In this document: positions 28,791-39,430 of the stretch, piece after piece | Numbering within the stretch: the stretch's first letter is position 1 | Layout: the number at the start of each line of letters is the position of its first letter | DNA from: an uncultured Coprobacillus sp. | Lineage (GTDB): Bacteria > Bacillota_I > Bacilli_A > ML615J-28 > CAG-698 | NCBI GenBank assembly: GCA_964389905.1 | Contig: CAYMGD010000002.1 | Span: 2,843 to 66,842 of the forward strand | DNA: 64,000 nt | Direction: 5' to 3' | Position numbers and translations under genes: made by a program | Notes under the pieces: generated by a model | What the model saw: only the letters and a program-made list of their open reading frames with translations | Database searches by the model: none | What the model was told of the DNA's origin: nothing

Positions 28791-29989
28791 TATATATTCT
28801 CCTCTTTTTTTACTTTTGCTAAGCCACCCATGGATGTTTCCTTATATTCCTTATCAATATCTTTACCTGTTTCATTCATTACTCTAATTACCTCTTCTAA
28901 CGTTACATAGTGCTTACCATTTGTTAAGAGAGCATACCTGGAAGCAGCATAAGCAAAATCCGCTGCCATTGCATTTCTTTCAATACAAGGGATTTGCACT
29001 AATCCATCAACAGGATCACAAGTCATTCCCAAATGATGTTCTAAAGCTATTTCACTAGCATATTCTATTTGTTCAGTTGTTCCGCCATTTAAAAAAGCTA
29101 ACATTGCACTTGCGGAAGAACACGCAACACCTACTTCCCCTTGACAACCAACTTCAGCTCCCGAAATCGAAGCATTTGTCTTAACAATGTTACTTATTAA
29201 TCCCGCTATAGCTAATGCGTCATATATCTTTTCTTTAGAAAGCTTATTGTGATAATACTCGCTAAGCAAAATACCTGGAATTATTCCTGCACTTCCACAA
29301 GTAGGAGCAGTGACGATTAGTCCACCGTTTGCATTCTCTTCAGCTATAGCCAATGTTAATGCAAATAATAAACTATTATAGTTATTTGTTTTTTTATAAT
29401 CATCATAAAATTCAAATGCTCTTCTTTGAAGTTTAAGAGAACCTGGTAAAACTAAATGATTGTTTAAACCTCGCAAAGCTGCATTTTCCATTGTTACAAA
29501 TACTTTATCTAAATAATCATCTAAATCATTTTCCTCAAAAGTTCTAATATATTGGATTAAAGACATATTATTATTCTTAATATACGCAAGTATTTCTGAC
29601 ATTTTATTATGTGGATATATGTCTTTACCAAAACTACTTCGTCTTTCTCCTAAATTTTTTAGATTACCTCCACCGATAGAAAAAACAAGCCACTCGTCAA
29701 TTTGTTTATTATCTTTGTAAGAAATAAATTTCATACCATTTGAATGATATTCATAACATATCTCAGGTTTAAAAACTACTTCTGTTCGGTATTCTCCTAA
29801 AACATCTAAAATTGTTCTATCAGTTAAGTGCCCTTTGCCTGTTAATGCTAATGAACCATATAACTCCACAACGAACTTATCGGCATCTTTATTTCTTTTC
29901 AAAAATGCCTCAGCCGCATAATTAGGTCCCATAGTATGGGAACTTGATGGGCCATGACCTATTTTATATACACTTTTAATACTTTCCAT
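28790..29989 (-). CDS. sdaA: L-serine ammonia-lyase (iron-sulfur dependent, single-chain)
   Basis: 399 aa. The N-terminal YKIGHGPSSSHTMGP signature is typical of L-serine dehydratases. Confidence 0.8.
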   Translation of the reverse strand: MESIKSVYKIGHGPSSSHTMGPNYAAEAFLKRNKDADKFVVELYGSLALTGKGHLTDRTILDVLGEYRTEVVFKPEICYEYHSNGMKFISYKDNKQIDEWLVFSIGGGNLKNLGERRSSFGKDIYPHNKMSEILAYIKNNNMSLIQYIRTFEENDLDDYLDKVFVTMENAALRGLNNHLVLPGSLKLQRRAFEFYDDYKKTNNYNSLLFALTLAIAEENANGGLIVTAPTCGSAGIIPGILLSEYYHNKLSKEKIYDALAIAGLISNIVKTNASISGAEVGCQGEVGVACSSASAMLAFLNGGTTEQIEYASEIALEHHLGMTCDPVDGLVQIPCIERNAMAADFAYAASRYALLTNGKHYVTLEEVIRVMNETGKDIDKEYKETSMGGLAKVKKEENI

Positions 29990-30085
29990 AAATTATTATC
30001 CTTTCAGATTGTGTATTTACTTTTATTATTTCATTTAATTATTATTCTAAAACTTTTGCTTAAAAGTTTTTTTATAAAAGTTTTT

Positions 30086-30916
30086 TTAACTAGAAATATC
30101 AAATTTAAATGGCACAAAAAACTTTTCCTGAACAAACCCATAAATAACTAGTAAAGGAATCATTATAATAAACGAGGTTGATGTTCCTCCCATTTTTCTA
30201 GCGAATATAGCAGTAGATATTTGAGAGAAGTTATCATATGATAAATTGAAAAAGTTTGGTAATTCAGTATCATTATATACCCATATAAAAGTTAAAAGAA
30301 ATGTTGGAATTATAGCTGACATACTATTAGGAAGAATAATCTTAAAGAAAGTTTTGACTGTTGAAGAGCCGTCAATTAGACTTTGTTCAATTATTTCATT
30401 ATCCATATTTCTATATAAACTTCGAAAAAGATAAACAAAAATAGCTGATTTAATGCCTCCTCCAAACATATAATATATAATTATGCTAAATTTATTGCCG
30501 AATAGTTTTATGCCAAAAAAAGGTATACTAACAAAAAGATGTTGATAAGCTACCCGCAAGGTATTTACTGGCAAAAGAAGAGTTGTTAGATAAATATAAA
30601 ATAATATATTCCCTGCTTTGCCTAATAATTTTGCAAATGCAAACCCAGCAAGTGATGAGAAAATAACTTCCACTATCCCACAAGATGTTGCTAGTACTAA
30701 TGAGTTAAAAAGAAGGTGTTCAGTTTTTATTTTACTTATAACTTGTTCGTAGCTTCTAAAACTTATATTTTCTGGTACTAAAAATGCTCTACTTGAACCA
30801 GATATTGACGACACAAACATTTGATATAATGGAAGTAATATTATAAAACACATTCCAATTAATATTATTGTTCGAAAGATTTCTGCACATTTAATTATTT
30901 TTTTATTCTTTTTCAT
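30086..30916 (-). CDS. ABC transporter permease (carbohydrate/MalG-like), orphan
   Basis: 276 aa, multi-TM. EAA-loop-like EQSLIDGSSTVKTFFKIILPN. No cognate ATPase or binding protein is adjacent. Confidence 0.7.
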   Translation of the reverse strand: MKKNKKIIKCAEIFRTIILIGMCFIILLPLYQMFVSSISGSSRAFLVPENISFRSYEQVISKIKTEHLLFNSLVLATSCGIVEVIFSSLAGFAFAKLLGKAGNILFYIYLTTLLLPVNTLRVAYQHLFVSIPFFGIKLFGNKFSIIIYYMFGGGIKSAIFVYLFRSLYRNMDNEIIEQSLIDGSSTVKTFFKIILPNSMSAIIPTFLLTFIWVYNDTELPNFFNLSYDNFSQISTAIFARKMGGTSTSFIIMIPLLVIYGFVQEKFFVPFKFDISS

Positions 30917-31093
30917 TGGTTTTTAGTTACTCTTTTTTTAAAATTATATCATTTTCATATGAAAAAGTAAAATATATATCCAATTTTTCTTTAATTTGTA
31001 TGTTCTTTTGTTACTTGAAATACTTTTATCAAATATATATTAAATTTGAAACATAAAAAATGTAACCTCGAATTGAGATTACAAATTCTATAT

Positions 31094-33676
31094 TTATTTT
31101 TTACGATATCCAAATAGTTTAAAGATTTCCATTATAATAACTATACCAAATGCTAATCCTAAAGAAATTAGAACTTGTGTTAATGATAATGACTCTAGTT
31201 TAAATACTGTATCATGTAAACCAGGAATATACATTACACCAAATTGCAAAGCAAAGCCAATAATAAAAGCTAAATTCAACATTTTATTATTGAAAGTTTT
31301 CTTACTAAAAACTGTTCCTTCTTGTTTTACATTATATGCGTGGAATAGTTGACAACCTGAAAGAGTTAGAAAGGCCATTGTTTGACCAGCGATTTCTGTT
31401 TTGCCAACAACATAAAATCCAAGTGCATATGATGCTAATGTTAATGCTCCAATAACAATTCCTTCTAATACAATATGTAAAGCTAATTTATTAGCAAAGA
31501 ATCCTTCCTTTTTATCCCTTGGAGGATACTTCATTATTTTATCATCTGGCTTTTCCATTCCTAAACCAAAAGCAGGAAGTGAATCGGTAATTAAATTTAT
31601 CCATAATAAATGAATTGGAAGTAGTGGCACACCAAAACCATTTGAGAAAACAATAGCTATGATTGAGGCTAAAAGTATAGTTAGCACTTCACCAATATTA
31701 CTTGAAAGAAGGTACTTAACACACTTTTTAACATTTTCATATATTCCTCTTCCCTGTTTTACGGCAGAGATAATTGTTGAGAAATTATCATCTACTAAAA
31801 TCATATCTGCTGCTTCTTTGGCAACATCAGTTCCTGTTATACCCATTGCACAGCCTATATCAGCTTTTTTAAGAGCTGGTGAATCGTTGACACCATCTCC
31901 TGTCATTGCTACAACTTTACCTTTTTTCTGCCAGCTCTCCACAATTCTTACTTTATCTTCTGGGGCAACACGAGCATAAACAGCATATTCTTCGATATGT
32001 TCTTCTAAGTACTCATTTGATAACTTGCTTAATTCTTGTGACGAAATAGCTTTATATCCATCTAATATTCCTAAATCATTAGCAATTGCTGAAGCAGTAG
32101 TTTTGTGATCGCCAGTAATCATTATAGTTCTAATACCCGCTTCTTTAGCTATTCTTATGGAATCTTTTACCTCTGGCCTTGATGGATCTATCATTCCCAC
32201 TAAACCTACAAAAGTTAATTCATTTTCTAAGTTTTCATCTATTGTCTTTGGTAATTCCTTTAATTCTTTTATACCTAACCCTAATACTCTTAATGCTCTC
32301 ATTGCCATATTATTATTAACCTCAAGAGCATTACTAAATGATTCTTTGTTTACTGAACGATTAATTATTTGGTCAAAAGCACCTTTAGTAATAAGAAGTA
32401 ATTTGCCATTAACTTCACAGATTACACTCATCATTTTTCTTTCTGAATCAAAAGGAATATCAGCTAAACGTTTTATATCATTTATATCTTTACCGTATTT
32501 ATTATTTAAATCAATTAAAGCTGTTTCAGTTGGATCACCTATTCTTTTTTCTATACCATCAACTGTTTCAACTTTCGCATCACAACACAATGCAAAATAA
32601 GATATTATTTCTTTATCATCATCATTAAGCTCATCAAGTTTACGTATTTTTTCACGATAAACTTCTTGTACTGTCATACGGTTTTGCGTAAGTGTTCCCG
32701 TTTTGTCCGAGCACACAATTGATGTTGACCCTAATGTTTCTACTGCTGGTAACTTCTTTACAATGGCATTTTGCTTGGCCATAGTATTTACACCAATAGC
32801 TAAAACAATAGTTACAACTGTTGCTAAGCCTTCGGGGATTGCGGCAACAGCTAAAGCAATAGCTGTTTTAATTGAACCAAAGAAGTCTTTTGTATTAACA
32901 TATTCTAATAATAAGACAACCACGCATATTGCTAAACAAATATATCCTATTGCTTTACCAACTTGGGTTAGTTTATCTTGTAAAGGCGTTTTGGTGTTTT
33001 TACTATCTGATAGCATACCTGCTATTCGGCCAATTTGCGTATTCATACCAGTTGATGTTACAATGGCTTTGCCTTTTCCTTTTGTCACAAATGTTGAAGA
33101 AAACAGCATATTTTTCATATCACCTAAAGCAATATTTTCGCTTGTTATAATCTCGCTTTGTTTTGTAACAGGCAAAGATTCTCCAGTTAAAGCAGATTCA
33201 TCAACTTGTAAGAAAGAGCACTCTACAATGCGAGCATCAGCTGGAATGTAATCTCCTGCTTCAACTTCTATAATATCACCAGGAACAAGTTCCTTAGTTG
33301 GAATTTGCTCTATTTGTCCTTTTCTTATTACTTTACATAGAGGTGATGACATTTTTTCCAAAGCTTCTAGGCTCTGTTCAGCTTTATTTTCTTGAATAAC
33401 TCCTAATATAGCATTAGCTGTTATAACAATAAAAATTATTAAGCTTTCAATCCAATCTTCTGGTTCAATCACAATTTGAATTATTCCAGCAATTATTAAT
33501 ATAATTATTAAAACATCCTTAAATTGCAACAAAAACTTCACAAATAGGCTTTGCTTCTTCTTTCCTTGAAGTTCATTATAACCATATTTATCTCTAAGGC
33601 TATTTACATCATCTAATCCTGTAATAATATTAGTGTTAAATTCCTGTTCAAGGTCCTTTATCTCTTTTCTATACAT
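31094..33676 (-). CDS. P-type cation-transporting ATPase (Ca2+-type, P2A-like)
   Basis: 860 aa. Phosphorylation site DKTGTLT, hinge motif TGDGVNDSPALKKADIG, and TGES. Confidence 0.9.
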   Translation of the reverse strand: MYRKEIKDLEQEFNTNIITGLDDVNSLRDKYGYNELQGKKKQSLFVKFLLQFKDVLIIILIIAGIIQIVIEPEDWIESLIIFIVITANAILGVIQENKAEQSLEALEKMSSPLCKVIRKGQIEQIPTKELVPGDIIEVEAGDYIPADARIVECSFLQVDESALTGESLPVTKQSEIITSENIALGDMKNMLFSSTFVTKGKGKAIVTSTGMNTQIGRIAGMLSDSKNTKTPLQDKLTQVGKAIGYICLAICVVVLLLEYVNTKDFFGSIKTAIALAVAAIPEGLATVVTIVLAIGVNTMAKQNAIVKKLPAVETLGSTSIVCSDKTGTLTQNRMTVQEVYREKIRKLDELNDDDKEIISYFALCCDAKVETVDGIEKRIGDPTETALIDLNNKYGKDINDIKRLADIPFDSERKMMSVICEVNGKLLLITKGAFDQIINRSVNKESFSNALEVNNNMAMRALRVLGLGIKELKELPKTIDENLENELTFVGLVGMIDPSRPEVKDSIRIAKEAGIRTIMITGDHKTTASAIANDLGILDGYKAISSQELSKLSNEYLEEHIEEYAVYARVAPEDKVRIVESWQKKGKVVAMTGDGVNDSPALKKADIGCAMGITGTDVAKEAADMILVDDNFSTIISAVKQGRGIYENVKKCVKYLLSSNIGEVLTILLASIIAIVFSNGFGVPLLPIHLLWINLITDSLPAFGLGMEKPDDKIMKYPPRDKKEGFFANKLALHIVLEGIVIGALTLASYALGFYVVGKTEIAGQTMAFLTLSGCQLFHAYNVKQEGTVFSKKTFNNKMLNLAFIIGFALQFGVMYIPGLHDTVFKLESLSLTQVLISLGLAFGIVIIMEIFKLFGYRKK

Positions 33677-33677
33677 C

Positions 33678-34247
33678 TTATTTATTCTCCTTTATAAACG
33701 CATCTATTTCATTCATCCCTTTAGAATATAATTTAGTAAAATCTGAACTATCTAAATATAAAACTTTACCTTTAAACTGACGATTTTGATTTTTTTCTCT
33801 ATCGCTTAATATTTGTTTTTCAAAGTCATAATAATTTGTAAAATCAACTGCTTTATGAACTATATGTCTATTTTCATTGAGAATTCTATTCATAAACCTT
33901 TGATGTAATAATTTAATATCACAATTTAAGAATATTGTATAAATACTATAATTATTTTCCAAACATAATTTTTCTAAATAAGCAAATTCGTGGTCACGAA
34001 AGTTGCTTTCTAAAATTAAATCCTTCTTTGCAATTATCATTTTGCTAGTTATATACTTGAAAATATCAAAAGTACAAATACTAAGCTTTAAGTTTTCTTC
34101 ACGATTGGCAAATCCAAAATTATCGCCTAATATTTCTTTTATATTATCTTTATTAAAACATGCTATCGAATACTTCTTTGAAAGTTTTCCAGCAAGCGTT
34201 GATTTACCTGCTGCTAAATCACCTGATATAAGTATTATTTTATTCAT
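33678..34247 (-). CDS. P-loop kinase-like protein (AAA_33-type)
   Basis: 189 aa. N-terminal Walker A GDLAAGKST. Confidence 0.55.
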   Translation of the reverse strand: MNKIILISGDLAAGKSTLAGKLSKKYSIACFNKDNIKEILGDNFGFANREENLKLSICTFDIFKYITSKMIIAKKDLILESNFRDHEFAYLEKLCLENNYSIYTIFLNCDIKLLHQRFMNRILNENRHIVHKAVDFTNYYDFEKQILSDREKNQNRQFKGKVLYLDSSDFTKLYSKGMNEIDAFIKENK

Positions 34248-34389
34248 TTTTTCACCAAATATTTTCTTAAAAGATAGTAATAATTATACACTACATAACC
34301 TTAAAAGTAAAATAATTATTGGTATTATTTCCTTAAAATTTGTACAAAAAAACATAGATTTATTTTCTAAACCTATGCTATAAAATATT

Positions 34390-36069
34390 CTATCCAAAAC
34401 ATACGACAATGTTCTCAGCTGATGAACTTGCCTTTGTTCCTATTTGATATACCTTCAAAGTAAATTTATTTCCTATTGGCATACTATTAATATGAATATA
34501 TGCGTAATTACTTGTAGTACTAGAACCACCTGCTATCAAACTTCCTGTCAAATCATAAAGTTCAAAGCGATAATCCGTACGAGTTGTATTATCTTTATCT
34601 CCATCACTATTAGCATACCAAAAGATTCCAATTTTGGCTTCTGCGCCATAACTGTAATTTCTAATGAATGTGGTAATTGGTGATAAATATGTTCCATAAC
34701 TGGTACTAGAATTACTATATGTATATATCTTAGTGTAGTTGCTTTGAGCCTTTTCGTGTTGGTATAATCCAGTACCCCACATATCGTTATAACCATTATC
34801 CTTTGTTGCTCCTTGAGGGTTTACAACAACATCATTACAACTTGCGGTAACTAAAGCAATTACTTTATCGGCATTACCAACTAATCCACTATATTGACTC
34901 ATTAATGAAGCTACTAAGCCAGTCATTATTGCACATGAGAAACTAGTTCCACTATTAAATCCGCTAAAGCCTGGAACAATCACATTAACTCCAGGTACAA
35001 TTAAATTAGGTTTTTCGGGACCACTTGTCTCAACATAACTTGAATTTTCATCTATAGTACTATCAGAAGTGTAATAATTTCCAACAGTTAATACATTATA
35101 TCCCATACCTGGATTAGCGACTTTATAATCAGCATTATCATTATTACCGCTTGCTGCTACAATGACAATACCATATTGCTGCACAGCAAAATCGCATAAT
35201 GCACTATTAGTATAATAAATGCCTAGTTTATTATTATCACCCCAACTCATATTGATAACATCAATATTTTTAGAAATAAACCAATCTAATTCATTACTTA
35301 CATTACCAGAGACACCTCTACTAAATAAATTTGCATCTGGAACAATGCCACTGCTTTGATTAACAAGTATAGATGCTATTTTAGTAGAATGCTGCGTCTC
35401 AACATTAAAAATACTACTATAAACTGTGATATCAGCACCTGCTAAACTATCATGACTTTTTTTAACCACACCTGATTCAAGTATACCTACATTTATACCT
35501 TCACCTCTATAAGATGATGTTCTTACTTCACTTGCCCCAGAATAACTTAATGAGGACATTAACGAATCAGTTACCTCAATATTTCCAACCACACTTATCG
35601 ACTTAACATCTTCATTTAAAGAAAGGGAACTAAGTATTTCTGATTTATTATTTTGAAATACTTCTACATCATATGTATACTCAATACAAGGTAAATATGA
35701 TGATATATATCTTTCTTTATAGTTTTTACCATCTAGTTTCTGAGCCATTTCATTGTTTTTAGCTGTGTAATACTCTTTACCTATCTCAATTCTTTGCCAT
35801 TTTAAAGCATGTGCTTCTTCACTAGTTGCGTTCTCACCTGGAATTAGATAGCTTGTATCGATTAAATCATAATTAAGATTAACTGATAAATTAATATCAT
35901 CGCTTTTTAATAATTCAGCTTCTATTTCATCGGTTAAAGTCGCAGAAACATAATCTCCAGCTATATATGTTATTTTATCCTTATCGATATAATATTTTGT
36001 TATAGAACTTGTTGCTGTATATATAGAAACTACTAATAAACATAATATTATTCTTTTTACTATTTTCAT
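34390..36069 (-). CDS. secreted subtilisin-like (S8) peptidase with Glu at the catalytic Asp position
   Basis: 559 aa with a signal peptide. Hand alignment to subtilisin gives VGILESG (vs VAVIDSG), QHSTKIAS (vs HGTHVAG), DVINMSWG, VAASGNN and GTSFSCAIMTG (vs GTSMASPHVAG). Confidence 0.8.
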   Translation of the reverse strand: MKIVKRIILCLLVVSIYTATSSITKYYIDKDKITYIAGDYVSATLTDEIEAELLKSDDINLSVNLNYDLIDTSYLIPGENATSEEAHALKWQRIEIGKEYYTAKNNEMAQKLDGKNYKERYISSYLPCIEYTYDVEVFQNNKSEILSSLSLNEDVKSISVVGNIEVTDSLMSSLSYSGASEVRTSSYRGEGINVGILESGVVKKSHDSLAGADITVYSSIFNVETQHSTKIASILVNQSSGIVPDANLFSRGVSGNVSNELDWFISKNIDVINMSWGDNNKLGIYYTNSALCDFAVQQYGIVIVAASGNNDNADYKVANPGMGYNVLTVGNYYTSDSTIDENSSYVETSGPEKPNLIVPGVNVIVPGFSGFNSGTSFSCAIMTGLVASLMSQYSGLVGNADKVIALVTASCNDVVVNPQGATKDNGYNDMWGTGLYQHEKAQSNYTKIYTYSNSSTSYGTYLSPITTFIRNYSYGAEAKIGIFWYANSDGDKDNTTRTDYRFELYDLTGSLIAGGSSTTSNYAYIHINSMPIGNKFTLKVYQIGTKASSSAENIVVCFG

Positions 36070-36082
36070 AATAATCCTTTCT

Positions 36083-36553
36083 TTAATCTATAATATAATG
36101 TTTTACTTCCCCTTGATATATAATATCAAATTCTAATGCTTGATTTTTGGCATTAAATCCTATAAATGTCTTTTCTCTAGAAACTGAATGTGTACAATTA
36201 TTATATACTATTTCAACTTCATATTCCTTATTTCCTTCATAAGAAATTAAAGCATAATATTTGGTAGATTTTTGATTGTTTCTGCTAAGTATTTTTATAT
36301 CTGTTTCACAATCTAATGCTATTGTAACTTCTGTTTTATAAAAACATCCTATATGAAAAATAGATTTATTTGTCTCATAACCTATCGTAATAAAAATTGC
36401 TATAAAGAGAATTAAACAGTATATTAATTTCTTAACAAACCTTTTCTTCTTTTCTATTTTTATTACATTTCGTACCATTCTAGTTCCTTCGTTATAATCT
36501 CTCTTTTCGTAAATAAATTCTTCCGAATTTAGTTCTTTTCTATTTTCATTCAT
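36083..36553 (-). CDS. single-pass membrane protein, possible anti-sigma factor
   Basis: 156 aa with one central TM helix. It overlaps the sigma-factor gene stop by 8 nt. The function is inferred from position only. Confidence 0.4.
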   Translation of the reverse strand: MNENRKELNSEEFIYEKRDYNEGTRMVRNVIKIEKKKRFVKKLIYCLILFIAIFITIGYETNKSIFHIGCFYKTEVTIALDCETDIKILSRNNQKSTKYYALISYEGNKEYEVEIVYNNCTHSVSREKTFIGFNAKNQALEFDIIYQGEVKHYIID

Positions 36554-37142
36554 TTTTAGTCCTCTTCTTTGTTTTCTTCTTAATAGGACGATAATAATTT
36601 ACAATCTTATATTGTCCTTTATCATATATTTCTTGAATTTCTGATTCATCTACACTTATCATTACTGCTATTTCATCATCTGGCATTTTGAACTCATCAC
36701 GACACTTAATGACATCAAATTCATCATTTGTTAAGTTTTTAGAAGAATCGATAAAATACACTGTATCTTTATCATCAACTAATCCACAATCTCCCCATCT
36801 AACACCAATTCGATATCTAGTATTACTCTTTAGAAATTTTATTATTTCTTCCATCATCCAAATGATAAATTTCTTATCATGCGTATATTCTTCTCTTTGC
36901 TTCCATAGCCGATGTATTATATGTCTTACAACTGAGATTTCGCATTCTCTTTTTACACTATACCTACGAAGCAAAATATAAACTATTTCAGCATTATCCG
37001 TCATAAATGTTTCGTATGCATCTCTATCACCATTAAGAATGCTCTCTACAAGTATTGCTTCTTCTTCATCACTTCTTCTTATCATTTTCAGATTCCTTTC
37101 CTCTAAAGTTTGTTTACACATTTTATAGTTATCCAAATTCAT
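36546..37142 (-). CDS. divergent sigma-70 family (ECF-like) sigma factor
   Basis: Region-2-like ILNGDRDAYETF...VRHIIHRLWKQ...FIIWMMEEI and region-4-like LTNDEFDVIKCRDEFKMPDDEIAVMISVDESEIQEIY. The more likely start is ATG 37085, preceded by GAGGAAAGG. Confidence 0.55.
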   Translation of the reverse strand: MNLDNYKMCKQTLEERNLKMIRRSDEEEAILVESILNGDRDAYETFMTDNAEIVYILLRRYSVKRECEISVVRHIIHRLWKQREEYTHDKKFIIWMMEEIIKFLKSNTRYRIGVRWGDCGLVDDKDTVYFIDSSKNLTNDEFDVIKCRDEFKMPDDEIAVMISVDESEIQEIYDKGQYKIVNYYRPIKKKTKKRTKNE

Positions 37143-37311
37143 ATTTTGAAATTTCCATGTTTAAAACTCCTTTCTCCCACATATGATATACAAAAAAACT
37201 TGTCTGAAAATGTTTTTATCAAAAAATATGTACAAAATGCAAATTTTACTTTAAAAAAAGACCTCGTTTTTACAAGATCTTCTATAACATTTTATTATGA
37301 TACTTATTATC

Positions 37312-37632
37312 TTAATAGATTGCTAAGCCAACTAGACCAATAATAACACCTAATAAAAAGCCTGCACAAGTTTCAATTATAAATGTAATCCATGCAGTTT
37401 TCTTTGCTTTTTCATCTCCTAGGAATTGACATAATAATGCTCCAATTAATCCTAAAAAGAATCCCAAAACAAATCCTAACTCTGTCCCTTTAATTGGTTT
37501 GTCTTCACTAGTTTCAACTTTTCCTTGTACATTTGCAACACATCTAACACCACATTTAGGACAAATTTCAGCTAAATCATTAATTTCAGCTCCACAAGTT
37601 TGACAATACTTCATATACTTTTCTCCTTTCAA
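37312..37632 (-). CDS. zinc-ribbon membrane protein
   Basis: 106 aa. CQTCG...CPKCG zinc ribbon plus two TM helices. Confidence 0.6.
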   Translation of the reverse strand: MKGEKYMKYCQTCGAEINDLAEICPKCGVRCVANVQGKVETSEDKPIKGTELGFVLGFFLGLIGALLCQFLGDEKAKKTAWITFIIETCAGFLLGVIIGLVGLAIY

Positions 37633-37885
37633 AAGGTATGGGTTTTTATACTATAAATTTTTTTTGGAAAAAAAGAAAAAATTGTAATAATTATAGACTT
37701 TTCAATATAAATGTAGTAAAATTATAGTGGGTATAAAAAAGTATACCTTTTTATACTTTTGCGTGTTAGAAACATATAAATCAAAAAATAAAGTCATAAA
37801 AAGTATAAAATCTTTAAACAAATTAAAAATAATTAATGAAAATATAAGTAGATATAATACAAAGGAAACTGTAATTAAAAATTAA

Positions 37886-37911
37886 GAGCCGCAGTCAAAC
37901 GGCTCTTTTAT
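37886..37911. terminator. GC-rich hairpin flanked by T-runs on both strands (possible bidirectional terminator)
   Basis: AGAGCCG-cagtcaaa-CGGCTCT followed by TTTTATTT on the plus strand and AATTTTT on the minus strand. It lies about 110 nt downstream of the AAA ATPase gene. Confidence 0.55.
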
Positions 37912-38016
37912 TTGTGTATAGTTTTGATGCGGAATTTAGGTATGAAACAACATTTTTTATGAAAACATAAAATAGTCCTGTATAATTTTTATGCCTAAAA
38001 TATCATTAATAACATT

Positions 38017-39354
38017 TTATAAAAACATTGCCATATAAAAAGGGATATATGTTATATTTCCTTCCCGTTTTAAATCTTTACTATAAATAACATACGAGTT
38101 TTTCACTTTATCTAAATGTTTTTCTTGAAACTTATCTAATGATTTATGTGTATTGTATAAAGATGATTTTACTTCAATAGGTATGAGCTTTTTTCCCGAT
38201 GTAAGCAAGAAGTCAACTTCATATCTGTCAAAACGATGAAAAAATAATTCATATCCCGAACAAACAAGTATCTGTGATATGACATTTTCCATAACCATTC
38301 CCATATTTACACCTAATTTGTCGAAAATTATCTGTTTATATATCGACTGTTCTATCGGCAATTTAGAATCTGCAAACATTGCAGTTACTAAAAGCCCCGT
38401 ATCTCCCATAAAGATTTTTTGTTTAGAATACTCTTTTGTACGATTTAAACCAACACATGGATCAGTACAATTATTAGCTATATTAACAATCATTGAGTCT
38501 TTAATTGCCTCATAAGAACTATATGTTTTTGATGCTCTAATGTTTTTTCCTAAAGCAATTGAACGAAATAATCTGCTTTGCGTAGATAGTTCAGATGGTA
38601 GTGAATCTAAAATAAGAGCTGTTGAAAACCGATACTTTGCATCAAGTTTTTTCAAATCATCTCTATATAATTTCAAAATATCACGCTTCACTTCATCCAC
38701 GCGTGAAAAATCATTTGACTCTATAAGTTCTATAACAGCTTGTGGCATACCTCCAACAGCAACATAGAGCATAAAATCATTCAAAACTTTTCTATGTGCA
38801 GCTTGACCTAATGGTTTCAAGTTCAAAAAGCAGTCTTTTAAAATATTCACTGTAACTGTATCCCCTCTTGCCCATAAAAACTCTTCAAAATCTAATGGAT
38901 ACATATTAATAGATTTTTCTTCGCTTGGAATCACAATTTGTTCAACATTTTGTTTTAGAGTTATAAGAGAACCTGTTTCAATATAATCATATCTTCCATC
39001 AGCAACAAATTGCTTTATGGACTGACGAGCAAATGGAAAAAGTTGAACTTCATCAAAAATAATTAATGTTTTTCTTTCAATCAATCTTACCCCATATAAC
39101 AATGATAAATTTCTAAAAAAAGTATCAAGATCTGAAATATTATTTTGGAAAAGCGACTCAACTTTCTTTAGGTCTTTTAGAAAATCAATAAGAATGTATG
39201 ATTCATACTCATTCTTTGCAAACTCTTCTACTATCGTTGATTTACCAATTCGTCTTGCACCTTGAATAAGCAATGCCCTTTTGCCTGCCCAATTTTCTTT
39301 CCATTCTAATAAACGTTCGTAAATCTTACGTTTTAGTATCATAATAACCTCCAC
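38017..39354 (-). CDS. AAA-domain ATPase of the DUF4143-containing family
   Basis: 445 aa. Walker A GARRIGKST and Walker B LIIFDEVQ. The overall layout is typical of the AAA_14/DUF4143 ATPases as I remember them. Confidence 0.65.
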   Translation of the reverse strand: MEVIMILKRKIYERLLEWKENWAGKRALLIQGARRIGKSTIVEEFAKNEYESYILIDFLKDLKKVESLFQNNISDLDTFFRNLSLLYGVRLIERKTLIIFDEVQLFPFARQSIKQFVADGRYDYIETGSLITLKQNVEQIVIPSEEKSINMYPLDFEEFLWARGDTVTVNILKDCFLNLKPLGQAAHRKVLNDFMLYVAVGGMPQAVIELIESNDFSRVDEVKRDILKLYRDDLKKLDAKYRFSTALILDSLPSELSTQSRLFRSIALGKNIRASKTYSSYEAIKDSMIVNIANNCTDPCVGLNRTKEYSKQKIFMGDTGLLVTAMFADSKLPIEQSIYKQIIFDKLGVNMGMVMENVISQILVCSGYELFFHRFDRYEVDFLLTSGKKLIPIEVKSSLYNTHKSLDKFQEKHLDKVKNSYVIYSKDLKREGNITYIPFYMAMFL

Positions 39355-39430
39355 ATCTATTTTTGATTATTTATATTTTATTAGATTATAACATATTTTA
39401 TTTCAAAAAACAATATTTTTACGCCATCGT

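Noticed and set aside
32703-33251. Plus-strand ORFs of 60-180 aa lying antisense inside long minus-strand genes. Examples: 32703-33251, 32157-32600 and 31659-31979 in the P-type ATPase; 39455-39883; 34003-34383; 10785-11150; 45188-45475; 23755-24096.
   Set aside because: Each lies fully or largely antisense to a minus-strand gene or pseudogene that has a clear family assignment or stronger support. Their products are low-complexity, Ser/Leu/Phe/Ile-rich mirror-frame translations with no RBS. These are typical shadow ORFs of AT-rich genomes.
37955-38000. Possible third copy of the R element: cataaaat...atgcctaaaat downstream of the AAA ATPase gene.
   Set aside because: Only the two 8-nt end blocks match R1/R2. 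The middle differs in sequence and length, which is too weak to call.
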